DNA from: Acidimicrobiales bacterium
GTDB lineage: Bacteria; Actinomycetota; Acidimicrobiia; Acidimicrobiales; SZUA-35
Assembly (NCBI GenBank): GCA_965262175.1
Contig: CBDHES010000002.1
Coordinates: forward strand, 1,248,315-1,312,314
DNA length: 64,000 nucleotides
Reading direction: 5' to 3'
Made by a program: the position numbers and the translations under genes. Below, piece by piece: positions 38,163-48,430 of the stretch. Each line of letters begins with the position of its first letter. Position 1 is the stretch's first letter. The notes under the pieces were generated by a model. The model searched no databases. It saw nothing but the letters and a program-made list of their open reading frames with translations, and was not told where the DNA came from.

Positions 38163-39202
38163 CCGGCCCGCCGATCGACGTGGAGAAACCAGGCCCGGTC
38201 GGCCCGGGGCCGGCCGGGCCCGGGCCAGCCCCGACCGCCCCCGGTCCCGGTGCCCCGCCCGCCCCGTGGCCCCCGCCCGGGGCGACGCTGGCCGCCCAGG
38301 CGGTGTCGAAGTCGTTCGGGAGTCTGGTGGCGGTCTCGGACGTGACGTTCGCCGTCGGTCCGGGGGTGACGGCCCTCCTCGGCCCCAACGGGGCCGGCAA
38401 GTCGACGCTGATCCGGCTGCTGTGCGGCCTGACCCCGCCGTCGACCGGGCGGGTCTGGGTGGCCGGCGGCGATCCCCGGCGCGACCGTCGATCGCGGGCC
38501 CGGATCGGCCTCGTGCCCCAGCAGGATGGCGTGTTCGAACGGGAACGGGCCCTCGACGTGGTCGCCCTCGCCGCCACCCTGTCCCACCTACCCGACCCGA
38601 TCGATCGGGCCCGGGCGGCCCTCAACACCGTCGAGCTCGACCCCGACGAGGCCCGCCCGGTCGGCGCCTACTCCAAGGGCATGCGGCAGCGGGTCAAGAT
38701 CGCTCAGGCGATCGTCCACGGCCCCGAGGTCGTCGTCCTCGACGAGCCCCTCAACGGGCTCGACCCTCGCCAGCGGCGAGCGATGATCGAGCTGTTCCAG
38801 CGTCTCGGGGCCGAGGGACGGACGGTGCTCGTGTCGAGCCACGTCCTGGAGGAGGTCGAGCGGTTCGGGTCCGACGTGGTCGTCGTCGCTCGGGGCCGAT
38901 TGGCGGCCCAAGGCGACTTCCGGGCGATCCGGGACCTGATGGACGATCAGCCCCGCCGGATCCGGATCGGCTGCGACCGGGCCCCCGAGGTCGCCGCCCT
39001 CCTCCTCCAGTGGGGATCGATCACCGGGTGCACGGTGCTGGGGGCCAGCCAGCTGGAGGTGACCTCGGTCGACGCCCGGACCTTCCGCCGCCACCTCCCG
39101 GCGGCGTGCCATCGGCTCGGCATCCGCCTCCACGACGTGACCCCCCTCGACGAAGACCTCGACAGCGTCTTCCGATACCTGGTCGGAGGGCCGCAGGTAT
39201 GA
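38159..39202 (+). CDS. ABC transporter ATP-binding protein (second ATPase of the operon) with a Pro/Gly-rich N-terminal extension
   Basis: Walker A GPNGAGKST, signature YSKGMRQRV, Walker B VVVLDEPLNGLD. ATGA overlap with the upstream permease gene. Confidence 0.85.
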   Translation: MTGPPIDVEKPGPVGPGPAGPGPAPTAPGPGAPPAPWPPPGATLAAQAVSKSFGSLVAVSDVTFAVGPGVTALLGPNGAGKSTLIRLLCGLTPPSTGRVWVAGGDPRRDRRSRARIGLVPQQDGVFERERALDVVALAATLSHLPDPIDRARAALNTVELDPDEARPVGAYSKGMRQRVKIAQAIVHGPEVVVLDEPLNGLDPRQRRAMIELFQRLGAEGRTVLVSSHVLEEVERFGSDVVVVARGRLAAQGDFRAIRDLMDDQPRRIRIGCDRAPEVAALLLQWGSITGCTVLGASQLEVTSVDARTFRRHLPAACHRLGIRLHDVTPLDEDLDSVFRYLVGGPQV

Positions 39203-40005
39203 CGTCCCCGACCGAACCACCGGCCCCGGCGCCATCCCCGATCGACGACGGCGGCCACCACCCACCCGGCCCGGCGGTGCCGACCACCGTGCTGTGGGCC
39301 CTCTACCGGCTCTTGCTCCGGTCCCAGCTGACCCGCGGCAAACTGATCCTGGTCGGCGTGATGGGGGCGATGGCCATCCTGTTGGCGGCCCTGATCGGGG
39401 CCGACGCCATCGACGACCGGGATCGGCTCGAAGCGATCGTCGGCTCGCTGTGGTTCTTCGGCCTGGGGCTGATGGTCCCGATCCTGTGCCTCGTGCTGTC
39501 GACGTCGGCCCTCGGCCAGCTCGTCGAGGACGAGATCCTGGTCTACCTCTGGCTCCGACCGATCCCCCGCTGGGTCCTGGCGCTGGCCGCCTGGCTCTCG
39601 GCGGCGACGGTGGCCATCCCGCTCACCGTGCTCCCCCTGACCGTGGCCACCGCCGTCGGCACCCGGCTCGATCCGACCGCCACCGCAGCGATGGCAGCCT
39701 CGGTGGCGATGGCCTCCCTCGTCTACAGCGCGCTGTTCGTCCTGCTCGGACTCGTCGTCCGCCGGTCGCTGATCGTCGGGATGATCTACGTCTTCATCTG
39801 GGAGTTCTTCGTGGCCCGGGTCGGTCAGGGGGCGGCCCGACTGTCGATCAACACCTACCCCAGCTCGATCCTGGCCCGGATGACCGATGTCGAGCTACCG
39901 CTGGCCGACCGGCTCATGTCGACCGCCATCATCACCCCGATCGTCGTGGCGATCGTCGCCGTGGCGATCACCGGGTGGTGGCTGAACCGCACCGACGTGG
40001 CCTGA
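39199..40005 (+). CDS. ABC-2 type transporter permease (second permease)
   Basis: Six TM helices. ATGA overlap with the upstream ATPase gene. Confidence 0.6.
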   Translation: MTSPTEPPAPAPSPIDDGGHHPPGPAVPTTVLWALYRLLLRSQLTRGKLILVGVMGAMAILLAALIGADAIDDRDRLEAIVGSLWFFGLGLMVPILCLVLSTSALGQLVEDEILVYLWLRPIPRWVLALAAWLSAATVAIPLTVLPLTVATAVGTRLDPTATAAMAASVAMASLVYSALFVLLGLVVRRSLIVGMIYVFIWEFFVARVGQGAARLSINTYPSSILARMTDVELPLADRLMSTAIITPIVVAIVAVAITGWWLNRTDVA

Positions 40006-40047
40006 CCGATCTCGCTCCGGTCCCCTACCGGTGGGTACCGTCGAGCG

Positions 40048-41382
40048 ATGCGGTTCCGCTCGGTCCACGACCGTGACATCGCCCGGTTGGCGGTGCCGGC
40101 CTTCGGAACCCTGATCGCCGGCCCGGCCTACGTCCTGGCCGACACCGCCATCGTCGGTCACCTCGGCACGGTCGAGCTGGCCGGCCTCGCCCTGGCGTCG
40201 ACGGTGCTGCTGACGGTGCACGGGTTGATGATCTTCCTGGCCTACGGGACCACGTCGACCGTTGCCCGGCTGATCGGCGCCGGTGACGAGGCCAGCGCGG
40301 CCCGGCTCTCGGTCCAGGGGCTGTGGTTGGCGGCGGCCCTCGGGGTCGGGTTCACCGCGGTGTCGATCGCCGCCGCCCGGCCCTTGATCCGGATCCTGGG
40401 CGGGGTGGGGCCGGAGCTCGACGCCGGGGTGACCTACCTCCAGGTGTCGGCCCTCGGTCTCCCGTTCCTGTTGCTGACCCTGGCCGGGTCCGGCGCCTTC
40501 CACGGCCGGCAGAACACCCGGACGCCGCTGGTCCTGGCGGTGCTGGGCAACGCCGCCAACCTGGTCATCGAGATCGTGCTGATCTACGGGTTCGGGTTCG
40601 GGATCGGCGCCTCGGCCGCTGCGACCGTCGTCGCCCAGGTCGGGGTCGGCCTGATCTACGGGCACCGGGTGTTGGGCTGGGCCCGGGCGCTCGACGTCGC
40701 CTTCGCCCCCGACCGGGCGCTGATCGGCGATCTCCTCCGCGCCGGTCGGCCGCTGATGATCCGGACCCTGGCCCTGCGGGGGTCGTTCACCTTCTCGACG
40801 GCGGTGGCGGCCCGGATCGGGGTGGTCGAGGTCGGTGCCCACCAGATCGGGCTGGAGATCTGGTCGACCCTGGCCCTGGCCCTCGACGCGGTGGCCATCG
40901 CCGGCCAGGCCCTGACCGGGCGGTGGTTGGGGGCCGGCGAAGTCGAACGAGCCCGGGACGCAGCCCGCCGGATGATCGAGCTCGACGTGGCGGTCGGCGT
41001 GGTGGTCGGTGCGGCGTTGCTGGCGGCCCGGGAGCCGATCGCCCGGATCTTCACCGACGATCCCGAGGTGATCGCCGCCACGGTGTTCATCCTGTGGTGG
41101 GTGGCGATCTCGGCCCCGATCAACGGCTACGTGTTCGCCCTCGACGGCATCCTGATCGGGGCCGGCGATCTCGCCTACCTCGGCTGGTCGATGGTGGCGG
41201 TGTCGGTCGTGTTCGCCGGGCTCGGGACCGCCGTGCTGACCACCGGGGCCGGCCTGGGCTGGTTGTGGACGGCGCTGTGCGCCTACATGGCCCTCCGGGC
41301 GGTGGCCGTCGGCTGGCGGTGGCGAGGGGAAGCGTGGTTGGTCGCCGGCCGACCGGCCTCGGAGCCCGACGCCGCCACCTGA
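40048..41382 (+). CDS. MATE family efflux transporter (DinF/NorM-like)
   Basis: 12 TM helices. The N-terminal IARLAVPAFGTLIAGPAYVLADTAIVGHLG pattern is typical of MATE. Confidence 0.8.
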   Translation: MRFRSVHDRDIARLAVPAFGTLIAGPAYVLADTAIVGHLGTVELAGLALASTVLLTVHGLMIFLAYGTTSTVARLIGAGDEASAARLSVQGLWLAAALGVGFTAVSIAAARPLIRILGGVGPELDAGVTYLQVSALGLPFLLLTLAGSGAFHGRQNTRTPLVLAVLGNAANLVIEIVLIYGFGFGIGASAAATVVAQVGVGLIYGHRVLGWARALDVAFAPDRALIGDLLRAGRPLMIRTLALRGSFTFSTAVAARIGVVEVGAHQIGLEIWSTLALALDAVAIAGQALTGRWLGAGEVERARDAARRMIELDVAVGVVVGAALLAAREPIARIFTDDPEVIAATVFILWWVAISAPINGYVFALDGILIGAGDLAYLGWSMVAVSVVFAGLGTAVLTTGAGLGWLWTALCAYMALRAVAVGWRWRGEAWLVAGRPASEPDAAT

Positions 41383-41400
41383 CCGGGAGCCGGCCCGAAC

Positions 41401-42870
41401 CTAGCCCCCGGCGGCGGACCGCTTGGCCGCCAGGAGCTGGGCCACGACCTTGCCGTCGGCCTGGCCACGGGTCGCCTTCATCACCTGGCCGGTGAAGAAC
41501 CCCTGGAGCTTGCCCCGTGTCTTGTCGTCGCCCCCGACGAACCGCTCCCACTCGTCGGCGCTGTCGGCGATGATGCCGTCGAGGACCGCCTCCAACTCGG
41601 AGGTGTCCATCGCCTCGAAGCCTCGGGCCTCGGCGATCGCCGCCGGCTCGGTCCCCGTCTCGACCATCTCGGCCAGCACCTGCTTGGCCTGGGTGGCGGT
41701 CAACGACCCCGAGGTCTCCATCTCGATCAAGGCCGCGAAGTGACCCGGATCGAGGTCGGCGGCCCCGTCGACCGCCAGGTTGTTGGCGACGTGGGTCGCC
41801 ACCCGGTCGGGGTCGGCCCCAGCGTCGATCGCCGCCCCGGCCAGCTCGTCGAGGCCCCGGAGGACCACCATGGCCGCGCCGTCGGGAGCCACGCCGGCGT
41901 CGATCAGGGTCTGGCGCCGGTCCCGGGGAAGCGCCGGCAGGGCGGCCCGGATCTCCTCGACCCACGCCGGATCGGGCTCGATCGGCACCAGGTCGGGATC
42001 GGGGAAGTAGCGGTAGTCCTCGGCCTCCTCCTTCGACCGACCGGGCCGGGTCCGGCCGGCCTCCTCGTCCCAGTGGCGGGTCTCCTGGATCGGCCGCTCG
42101 CCGGCCTCGTACAGCTCGACGTGTCGCTTGGCCTCGTATTCGATGGCCCGACCCAGCGATCGGAGCGAGTTGACGTTCTTGATCTCGCACCTGGTCCGGA
42201 GCTCATCGGCCCCCGAGGGGCGCACCGACACGTTGGCGTCGACCCGCAGCGACCCCTCCTCCATCTTCCCGTCGCTCGCTCCCACCGCGACCAGGATCGA
42301 CCGCAACTCCTCGACGTACTCCTTGGCCTGCTCCGGGCCCCGGATGTCGGGGTGGCTGACGATCTCCACCAGGGGCACCCCGGCCCGGTTGTAGTCGACG
42401 AGGGAGTAGTCGGCATCGCTGATCCGCCCCGACGCCCCGACGTGGGTCGTCTTGCCGGTGTCCTCCTCGAGGTGGGCCCGCTCGACGCGGATCGTCGACC
42501 CCGACGGCAGCTCGAGGCGGCCATCGACGTTGAGCGCCTCCTCGTACTGGCTGATCTGGTAGTCCTTCGGCATGTCGGGGTAGAAGTAGTTCTTCCGGGC
42601 GAAGACGCACCGTTGGATGGTGCAGTCGAGGGCCAGTCCGATGCGGATGGCCAGCTCGATGGCTCGACCGTTGACCACCGGCAGGGTGCCGGGCAGCCCG
42701 AGGCACACCGGGTGGACGTTGGTGTTGGGCTCGCCGCCGAACACGTTGCGGGCCGGGGAGAACATCTTGGTCTCGGTGGCCAGCTCGGCGTGGACCTCGA
42801 GCCCGATCACGAACTCCCAGTCGCCGGGGAGCAGGGCCGACTCGTCGACGGCGGTGTCGGTCGTGGTCAT
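41401..42870 (-). CDS. gatB: Asp-tRNA(Asn)/Glu-tRNA(Gln) amidotransferase subunit B
   Basis: GatB N-terminal catalytic domain (VIGLEVHAEL, KNYFYPDMPKDYQISQ) and a C-terminal GatB/YqeY domain. Real start ATG 42870 overlaps the gatA stop (ATGA). Confidence 0.9.
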   Translation of the reverse strand: MTTTDTAVDESALLPGDWEFVIGLEVHAELATETKMFSPARNVFGGEPNTNVHPVCLGLPGTLPVVNGRAIELAIRIGLALDCTIQRCVFARKNYFYPDMPKDYQISQYEEALNVDGRLELPSGSTIRVERAHLEEDTGKTTHVGASGRISDADYSLVDYNRAGVPLVEIVSHPDIRGPEQAKEYVEELRSILVAVGASDGKMEEGSLRVDANVSVRPSGADELRTRCEIKNVNSLRSLGRAIEYEAKRHVELYEAGERPIQETRHWDEEAGRTRPGRSKEEAEDYRYFPDPDLVPIEPDPAWVEEIRAALPALPRDRRQTLIDAGVAPDGAAMVVLRGLDELAGAAIDAGADPDRVATHVANNLAVDGAADLDPGHFAALIEMETSGSLTATQAKQVLAEMVETGTEPAAIAEARGFEAMDTSELEAVLDGIIADSADEWERFVGGDDKTRGKLQGFFTGQVMKATRGQADGKVVAQLLAAKRSAAGG

Positions 42871-44318
42871 GACGGGGCCACCTCCTCCAGGGCTCGGGCG
42901 GCCCGGAACATGTCGATCTCCCCCAAGGCCGGCGCCATCACCTGAACCCCGATCGGCAGGCCGGCGTCGTCGGCTCCGAACGGGACCGAGATCGCCGGGT
43001 GGCCGGTGAGGTTGGACGGGATGGTGCACACGTCGTTGAGGTACATGGTGAGCGGGTCGGCCTTCGCCCCCAGCTCGAACGCCACGCAGGGGGAGGTCGG
43101 GCACAGGAGGAGGTCGTGGTCGGCGTAGACCTCCTCGAACTGGCGGATCATCACCGTCCGGACCCGCTGGGCCCGACCGTAGAAGGCGTCCCAGTAGCCG
43201 GCCGACAGGGCGTAGGTGCCGAGCATGATCCGCCGTTTGACCTCGTCGCCGAAGCCGGCGGTCCGGGAGGCGGCCATCATCGAGGCGGTGTTGGGGCCGT
43301 CGCGCCGGAGCCCGTAGCGGACGCCGTCGTAGCGGGCGAGGTTCGACGACGCCTCGGCCGGGGCGATCATGTAGTACGCCGACAGGCCGGCCACCGTCGA
43401 GGGGACCGACACCGACTCGACCTTCGCCCCTGCGGCAGAGAGCCGTTCTGCGGCTTCGGTGGTCCGGGCCAGGACCTCGGGCTCGAACCCGTCGAGGCCC
43501 TGCCCGCTGAGCTCGTCGATGATCCCGATCCGCAGCCCGTCGACCCCGTCGTCGAGATGGGCCGCCAGCTCCGGTGCTGGTCGGGGGATGGAGGTCGAGT
43601 CGCGGGGGTCGTGACCGCCGATGACCTCCAGCGCCGCTGCCGCGTCGGCCACCGAGGTGGTGAACGGACCGATCTGATCGAGGGAGCTGGCGAAGGCGAT
43701 CAACCCGTAGCGGCTGACCCCGCCGTAGGTCGGCTTCACCCCGACGACCCCACAGAGCGAGGCCGGCTGGCGGATCGAGCCGCCGGTGTCGGAGCCGAAC
43801 GCCAGGGGGACGAACCCGGCGGCCACCGCAGCGGCCGAACCGCCCGAGGAGCCACCGGGGACCCGGGTCGGGTCGTGGGGGTTGCGGGTCGGCCCGAACG
43901 CCGAGTTCTCGGTCGACGAGCCCATGGCGAACTCGTCGAGGTTGGTCTTGCCGATCACGATCGCCCCCGCCGCGCCCAACCGTTCGACGACCGTCGCGTC
44001 GTAGGGGGGCGTCCATCCCTCGAGGATCCGCGACGAGCAGGTGGTCGGCACGCCTCGGGTGCAGAAGTTGTCCTTCAGGGCGACCGGGACCCCGGCCAGG
44101 GGCCCGGGGTCGTCGCCGGCCGCCACCGCGGCGTCGACGGCCGCCGCGGCGGCCCGGGCCTCGTCGACCATGACGTGGTTGAAGGCGTTGAGCTCGCCGT
44201 CGCCGGCCTCGATGCGGGCCAGGTGATCGTCGATGACCTCGACGGCTCCGACATCGCCGGCCCGCACGGCGGCGGCCAGCTCGATCGCCGTCCGCACCGG
44301 GCTGGACGCCGGGCTCAC
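42867..44318 (-). CDS. gatA: Glu-tRNA(Gln) amidotransferase subunit A (amidase signature family)
   Basis: Amidase signature GGSSGGSAAAVAAG and the Ser-cisSer-Lys triad region. GTG start at 44318 overlaps the gatC stop (GTGA). Confidence 0.9.
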   Translation of the reverse strand: MSPASSPVRTAIELAAAVRAGDVGAVEVIDDHLARIEAGDGELNAFNHVMVDEARAAAAAVDAAVAAGDDPGPLAGVPVALKDNFCTRGVPTTCSSRILEGWTPPYDATVVERLGAAGAIVIGKTNLDEFAMGSSTENSAFGPTRNPHDPTRVPGGSSGGSAAAVAAGFVPLAFGSDTGGSIRQPASLCGVVGVKPTYGGVSRYGLIAFASSLDQIGPFTTSVADAAAALEVIGGHDPRDSTSIPRPAPELAAHLDDGVDGLRIGIIDELSGQGLDGFEPEVLARTTEAAERLSAAGAKVESVSVPSTVAGLSAYYMIAPAEASSNLARYDGVRYGLRRDGPNTASMMAASRTAGFGDEVKRRIMLGTYALSAGYWDAFYGRAQRVRTVMIRQFEEVYADHDLLLCPTSPCVAFELGAKADPLTMYLNDVCTIPSNLTGHPAISVPFGADDAGLPIGVQVMAPALGEIDMFRAARALEEVAPS

Positions 44319-44644
44319 GGCTCCTCCCCGAGGGCGGGGGGAACCCGGAACAGGCCGTCTTCGATGGCCGGGGCGGCTTGCAGCGCCTCGTCTCGTACCC
44401 CGGCCGGGGCCTCGATCTCGTCGGGCCGGAAGACGTTCACCAGGTGGTACGGGTGGGCGGTGGGCGGCACCCCTTCGACGTCGATCGCCTGCAGCTCCCG
44501 GGCCCGATCGAGCACCGCGGCGAGCTGACCGGTGAACCGGTCGAGCTCGTCGTCCCGCAGGTCGAGCAGGGCCAGCTGGGCGACCTTGGCCACGTCGTCC
44601 CGGGTGAGGGCGACGCTCGCGGTTTCGGCGGGCTCTTCGGTCAC
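44315..44644 (-). CDS. gatC: Asp/Glu-tRNA amidotransferase subunit C
   Basis: 109 aa. Position and size fit the first gene of a gatCAB operon. Confidence 0.8.
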   Translation of the reverse strand: MTEEPAETASVALTRDDVAKVAQLALLDLRDDELDRFTGQLAAVLDRARELQAIDVEGVPPTAHPYHLVNVFRPDEIEAPAGVRDEALQAAPAIEDGLFRVPPALGEEP

Positions 44645-44698
44645 ACCCCAAGGCTAAGCACCGAGGCCCGCCCCTCCACGCCGGTGCCGACCGCTACC

Positions 44699-45133
44699 GT
44701 GGCGGGCGTGTCTGCCTATCCGTTCCTGTCCGCCGAGTGGATCGAGGCGGCCCGACAGCTCCGGGCCCGCCACGCCGACGACCTCCCCAGCCCACCGGCC
44801 GAGGTTCGCCTGAACGTCGTGGTGACCGACATCCCCCACCGGGACGGCGACCTCCAGGGCCACATCGACACGACCGACGGCCAGGGCGTGATCATCGAGG
44901 AGGGTCACCTGGACGAGGTCGACCTGACCGTCACCCTCGACTACGGGACCGCCCGGTCGGCGTTCATCGAGCGGGACCAGCAGGCGGTGATGCAGGCGTT
45001 CCTCGGGGGGAAGATCCTCGTCGACGGCGACGCCAGCGGGCTGCTGGCCCTCCAGGCGGCGCCGCCCGAGCCCGACGAGCGGGCCGCGTCGATCTACGCC
45101 GAGATGCTGGCCTTCACCGCCGACGACGCCTGA
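44699..45133 (+). CDS. SCP2 sterol-binding domain protein
   Basis: C-terminal SCP2-like pattern (MQAFLGGKILVDGDASGLL). The start is uncertain, GTG 44684 or 44699. Confidence 0.5.
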   Translation: MAGVSAYPFLSAEWIEAARQLRARHADDLPSPPAEVRLNVVVTDIPHRDGDLQGHIDTTDGQGVIIEEGHLDEVDLTVTLDYGTARSAFIERDQQAVMQAFLGGKILVDGDASGLLALQAAPPEPDERAASIYAEMLAFTADDA

Positions 45134-45200
45134 TCGGCCACGCTGATCGGCCGCGCTGCTCGACCGGCGGCGGCACCGGTCCCGGCGGGCCAGCTCGGGC

Positions 45201-48200
45201 CTAGGGGGCGGGCTCGGTCCGGAGGTCGACGGGACTGGTCCGCCGGTGGATCTCGCCCTCGGCCGGTGCCGTCGAGACGACGACGCCATCGTCGGGCCCG
45301 GTGATCGTGCCGGCCACGAAGCCGGCCCGTTCGAGGGCGGCCACGGCATCGGTCACGTCCAGGCCGACGACGTCGGGGACCTCGCCCCGCCGAGCCCCGG
45401 ACGACACCACGATCGTCACCTCGTCGCCGGGGGCCACCATCGCCCCCACCGGAGGATCGGTGTCGACCACGACCCCGGCCTCGTACCGATCGGAGTGCGC
45501 CGAGGCCTCCGACACCGACAGACCCAGCTCGGCGGCCAGCTCGGCGGCCTCCTCCCCGGACCGGCCGACGAGGTCGGGCAACGGTTCGACGCTCCCCCGA
45601 TCGTCGGGCCCTTCGGCGGCACCGCCTTCGGACGGCTCGGTCACGTCGCCGTCGTCGGCGTCGGCAGTGTCGCCGTCGGCAGTCGGCGTCGGCGTCGGCG
45701 TCGGGGAGTACGGCATCGCCAGGGTCGGGTGCGACGGAGACGACGATCGTCAGCCGTTCGCCCTCGGCCAGCTCGACGCCGGGGCCCGGCTGCTGGTCGA
45801 CGACGAGGCCGGGGGCCAGGTCGTTCTCGGGCCGCTCGGTCATCGACAGCTGCCAGTTGTTGCGGAGCGCGTCGACCTCGACGTCGCCGACCGGGCCACC
45901 GATGTAGTCGCCGACGGTCGCAGGGCCTGCGGTGTCGCCGGCCTCCGAGGTGACCGCCGAGACCGACGTCTCGGTCTCCGCCGTCTCGCCGGGGAGCCCG
46001 GTGCCGGTGAGGTAGTAGGCGACGACGCCGGCGACCACGGCGATGAGGACCACGACGAGGGCCGAGACCAGCCATCGGCGCCGTGAGCCGGTGGTCGGTC
46101 CGGTCCAGGCCGGATCGGGGGCCTCGCCCAGTCGGGCCGATTGGAGCCGGATCGATGCCGCGGCGACCGGGGTCGTCGGTTGCTCCCCGGTGTCGCCGGA
46201 GAGCCGGGTCAGCCGGACCGGCCGTGGGGTCTCCGAACCTCGGACCCGGGCCCGGGGGCGGCGGCGGCCGCTGTCATCGGCCTCGGGAGCCGGACCGGTG
46301 GCGGGGTCGTCGGTCCGCCGTTCGGCCAACTCGAACATCGACCGACCGTCCGATCGGGGCGGGATCGTCGGTTCCGGCTCGGTCGACGGTGGGCGCTCCG
46401 GCTCGGCGAACGGCGACCGATCGACGGGCGCCGGCAACGGGGCCGGCCACGCTGGTGCGCCTGGGCTCGAACCGTCGAGGTCGCGCTGGGGCAGCCAGGC
46501 CGGCGGGGGCTCGACCGACCCGTCGCCCTCATGGGGTGGTGGCCAGGGCGGCGACGCCGTTGCCGGCGTGTCGTCGCCAGGGGCGGCGATCACCAGTCCG
46601 TCGCCGGTGTCGATCTCCACCACGATCTCGGCGAAGGGGTCGGCCGCGACGGTGGGGTGGACCGGGTCGACCTGGCGGTCGGGGTCGGCAGGGCGGGCGG
46701 TGTCGGCAACCTGGTCGGTGCCGGCGAGCCGGTCGGTGTCGGCAATGCGGTCGGGGTCGGCAGGGTCGGCAAGCCGGCGGAGTCGGCAGGGTGGGCGGTG
46801 CCGTCTGGCTCGACGGTCGACTCGTACCGCCGATCGTCGAGCGGGTGCCATCGGGGCTCCGACCAGGGACCCTCGGTCCCGGCGTCGGACCAGTCGGCGG
46901 TCGACGGGTCGAGCTTGGAGTGATCCAGCCACGACGGGGCGCTCGGTGCCCGTTCGAGCGCGTCCAGGTCCAGGTCCGGGTCCAGGCCGGAGCGGCGGTT
47001 GAGCTCGGCTGGTTCGGCCGGCGCGGCCGGTCCGGCGAGCGGTTGGCCGGCGGCACCGATCACCTCGACACCATCGTCGTCGTCGGGCCCGTCGCCGTCC
47101 TGGTCGTGGTCGGGCATCGGCGGAGGCGGCCAGTCGGTCGAGGCCGACGACCGGTCTCGACCATGCTCATCGCCGAGGACGGTCAGCTCGGGGGCCGGCC
47201 ACGACCCGATGACCTCCGGCGGCGCGCCGAAGGGGCCGTGGGTGTGCGACGGGCGCTGGATCACCTGCGACTTGAGGCCCTCGGCAGCCACCAGGTCCTC
47301 GTCGAGGTCGGCGCCGACCCCGGAGGAGCGGCCGGCAAGGAGATCGAGGTCGGCCAGACGCCAGGTGTCGAGGCCGAGATCGACCACCGGGTCCTCGCCG
47401 GCTGGCGGGCGGGGGATCGGGATGATCGGGGGCGGTGACACCGGCTGGACGGTGGGGTCGCCTCGGGGGCGATCGTCCAGCTCGGTGACCGGGATGAGCG
47501 GCAACCGTTCGGGGCGGGGCAGCGAGCGGGCGGCAGCGGTCAGGGATTCGACGAGCTCGGTGGTCGACGGTCGGAGCGCCGGATCCGCTCGCCCGGCTGG
47601 TCGGAGCGCCTCGCCGAGCGCCCCGAGCGGCCCGAAGCCGTCGAGGTCCTGATCCTGGCGCAGGCGAAGGGTCGCCACCGCGGTCTCGCCCACCAGCGGC
47701 ACCCGGCCGGTGACCGCCTCGAGGATGGTGACGGCGAGGGAGTAGGCGTCGGCCCGACCGTCGACCGGATCGCCGTCGGCCTGTTCCGGTGCGGCGTAGC
47801 GGGCCGTCCCGATCAGGACCCCGCCCGGATCGGTCCACGTCGACTCGGCGATCGCCCGGGCGATGCCGAAGTCGGCGATCCGCAGGCGGCCCTCCTCACC
47901 GAACAGGAGGTTGCCCGGTTTGATGTCCCGGTGGACCCATCCCAGCTGGTGGGCGTAGCTCAGCCCCCGCGCCACCTGGAGGGCGACCAGGAGCCCCTGG
48001 GACGGGGTGAGCAGCGCCGGGCCCCGCTCGATCATGTCGAGCAGGCTGCCGCCGAGCAGGACCTCGGTGACCAGGTAGGCGGTCGGGTCCTCCCCCCAGT
48101 CGTGGACGGTGAGGAGGTTGGGGTGGCTCAGCTGGGCCGCCGCCTGGGCCTCGGCCCGGAATCGGCGGCGGAACCTCGGATCGTCGCTGAGGCCGACCCG

Positions 48201-48374
48201 GAGGCGCTTCACCGCCACCTGCCGGCCGAGCGACAGGTCCTCGGCGAGGAACACCCGGGACGATGAGCCCTCGCCGATCGCCGCCAAGAGACGGTACCGA
48301 CCCCCGAGGACCCGGCCCGCGACCTCGTTGTCGATCGATCTTGGTGGATCCTGATGGTGGTGGGATGCAGGCAT
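45201..48374 (-). pseudogene. PknB-like Ser/Thr protein kinase with TM helix and three PASTA domains, interrupted by two frameshifts (kinase frame ends 46590; TM+PASTA1 frame 45720-46800; PASTA2-3 frame 45201..45716)
   Basis: Kinase motifs VAVKRL, HRDIKPGNLL, DFG, and an APE-like AAPEQ. The TM helix is WLVSALVVVLIAVVAGVVAYYL. PASTA repeats are present in the two other frames. Both frame changes fall in GTCGGC(A) tandem tracts. Confidence 0.55.
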
Positions 48375-48430
48375 GCCGTCGTCTCAAGAGGTCGTGGCCC
48401 GCCGTATCCGCTCTTGAGGATATTGGTTGG

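Noticed and set aside
45094-46932. Treating 45094..46932 (-) 612-aa ORF as an independent gene
   Set aside because: Only its middle (TM helix plus one PASTA domain) is protein-like. The N-terminal part is the alternate frame of the kinase's PT-rich tail, and the C-terminal part is poly-Arg junk. It is better explained as the middle segment of a frameshifted PknB-like gene.
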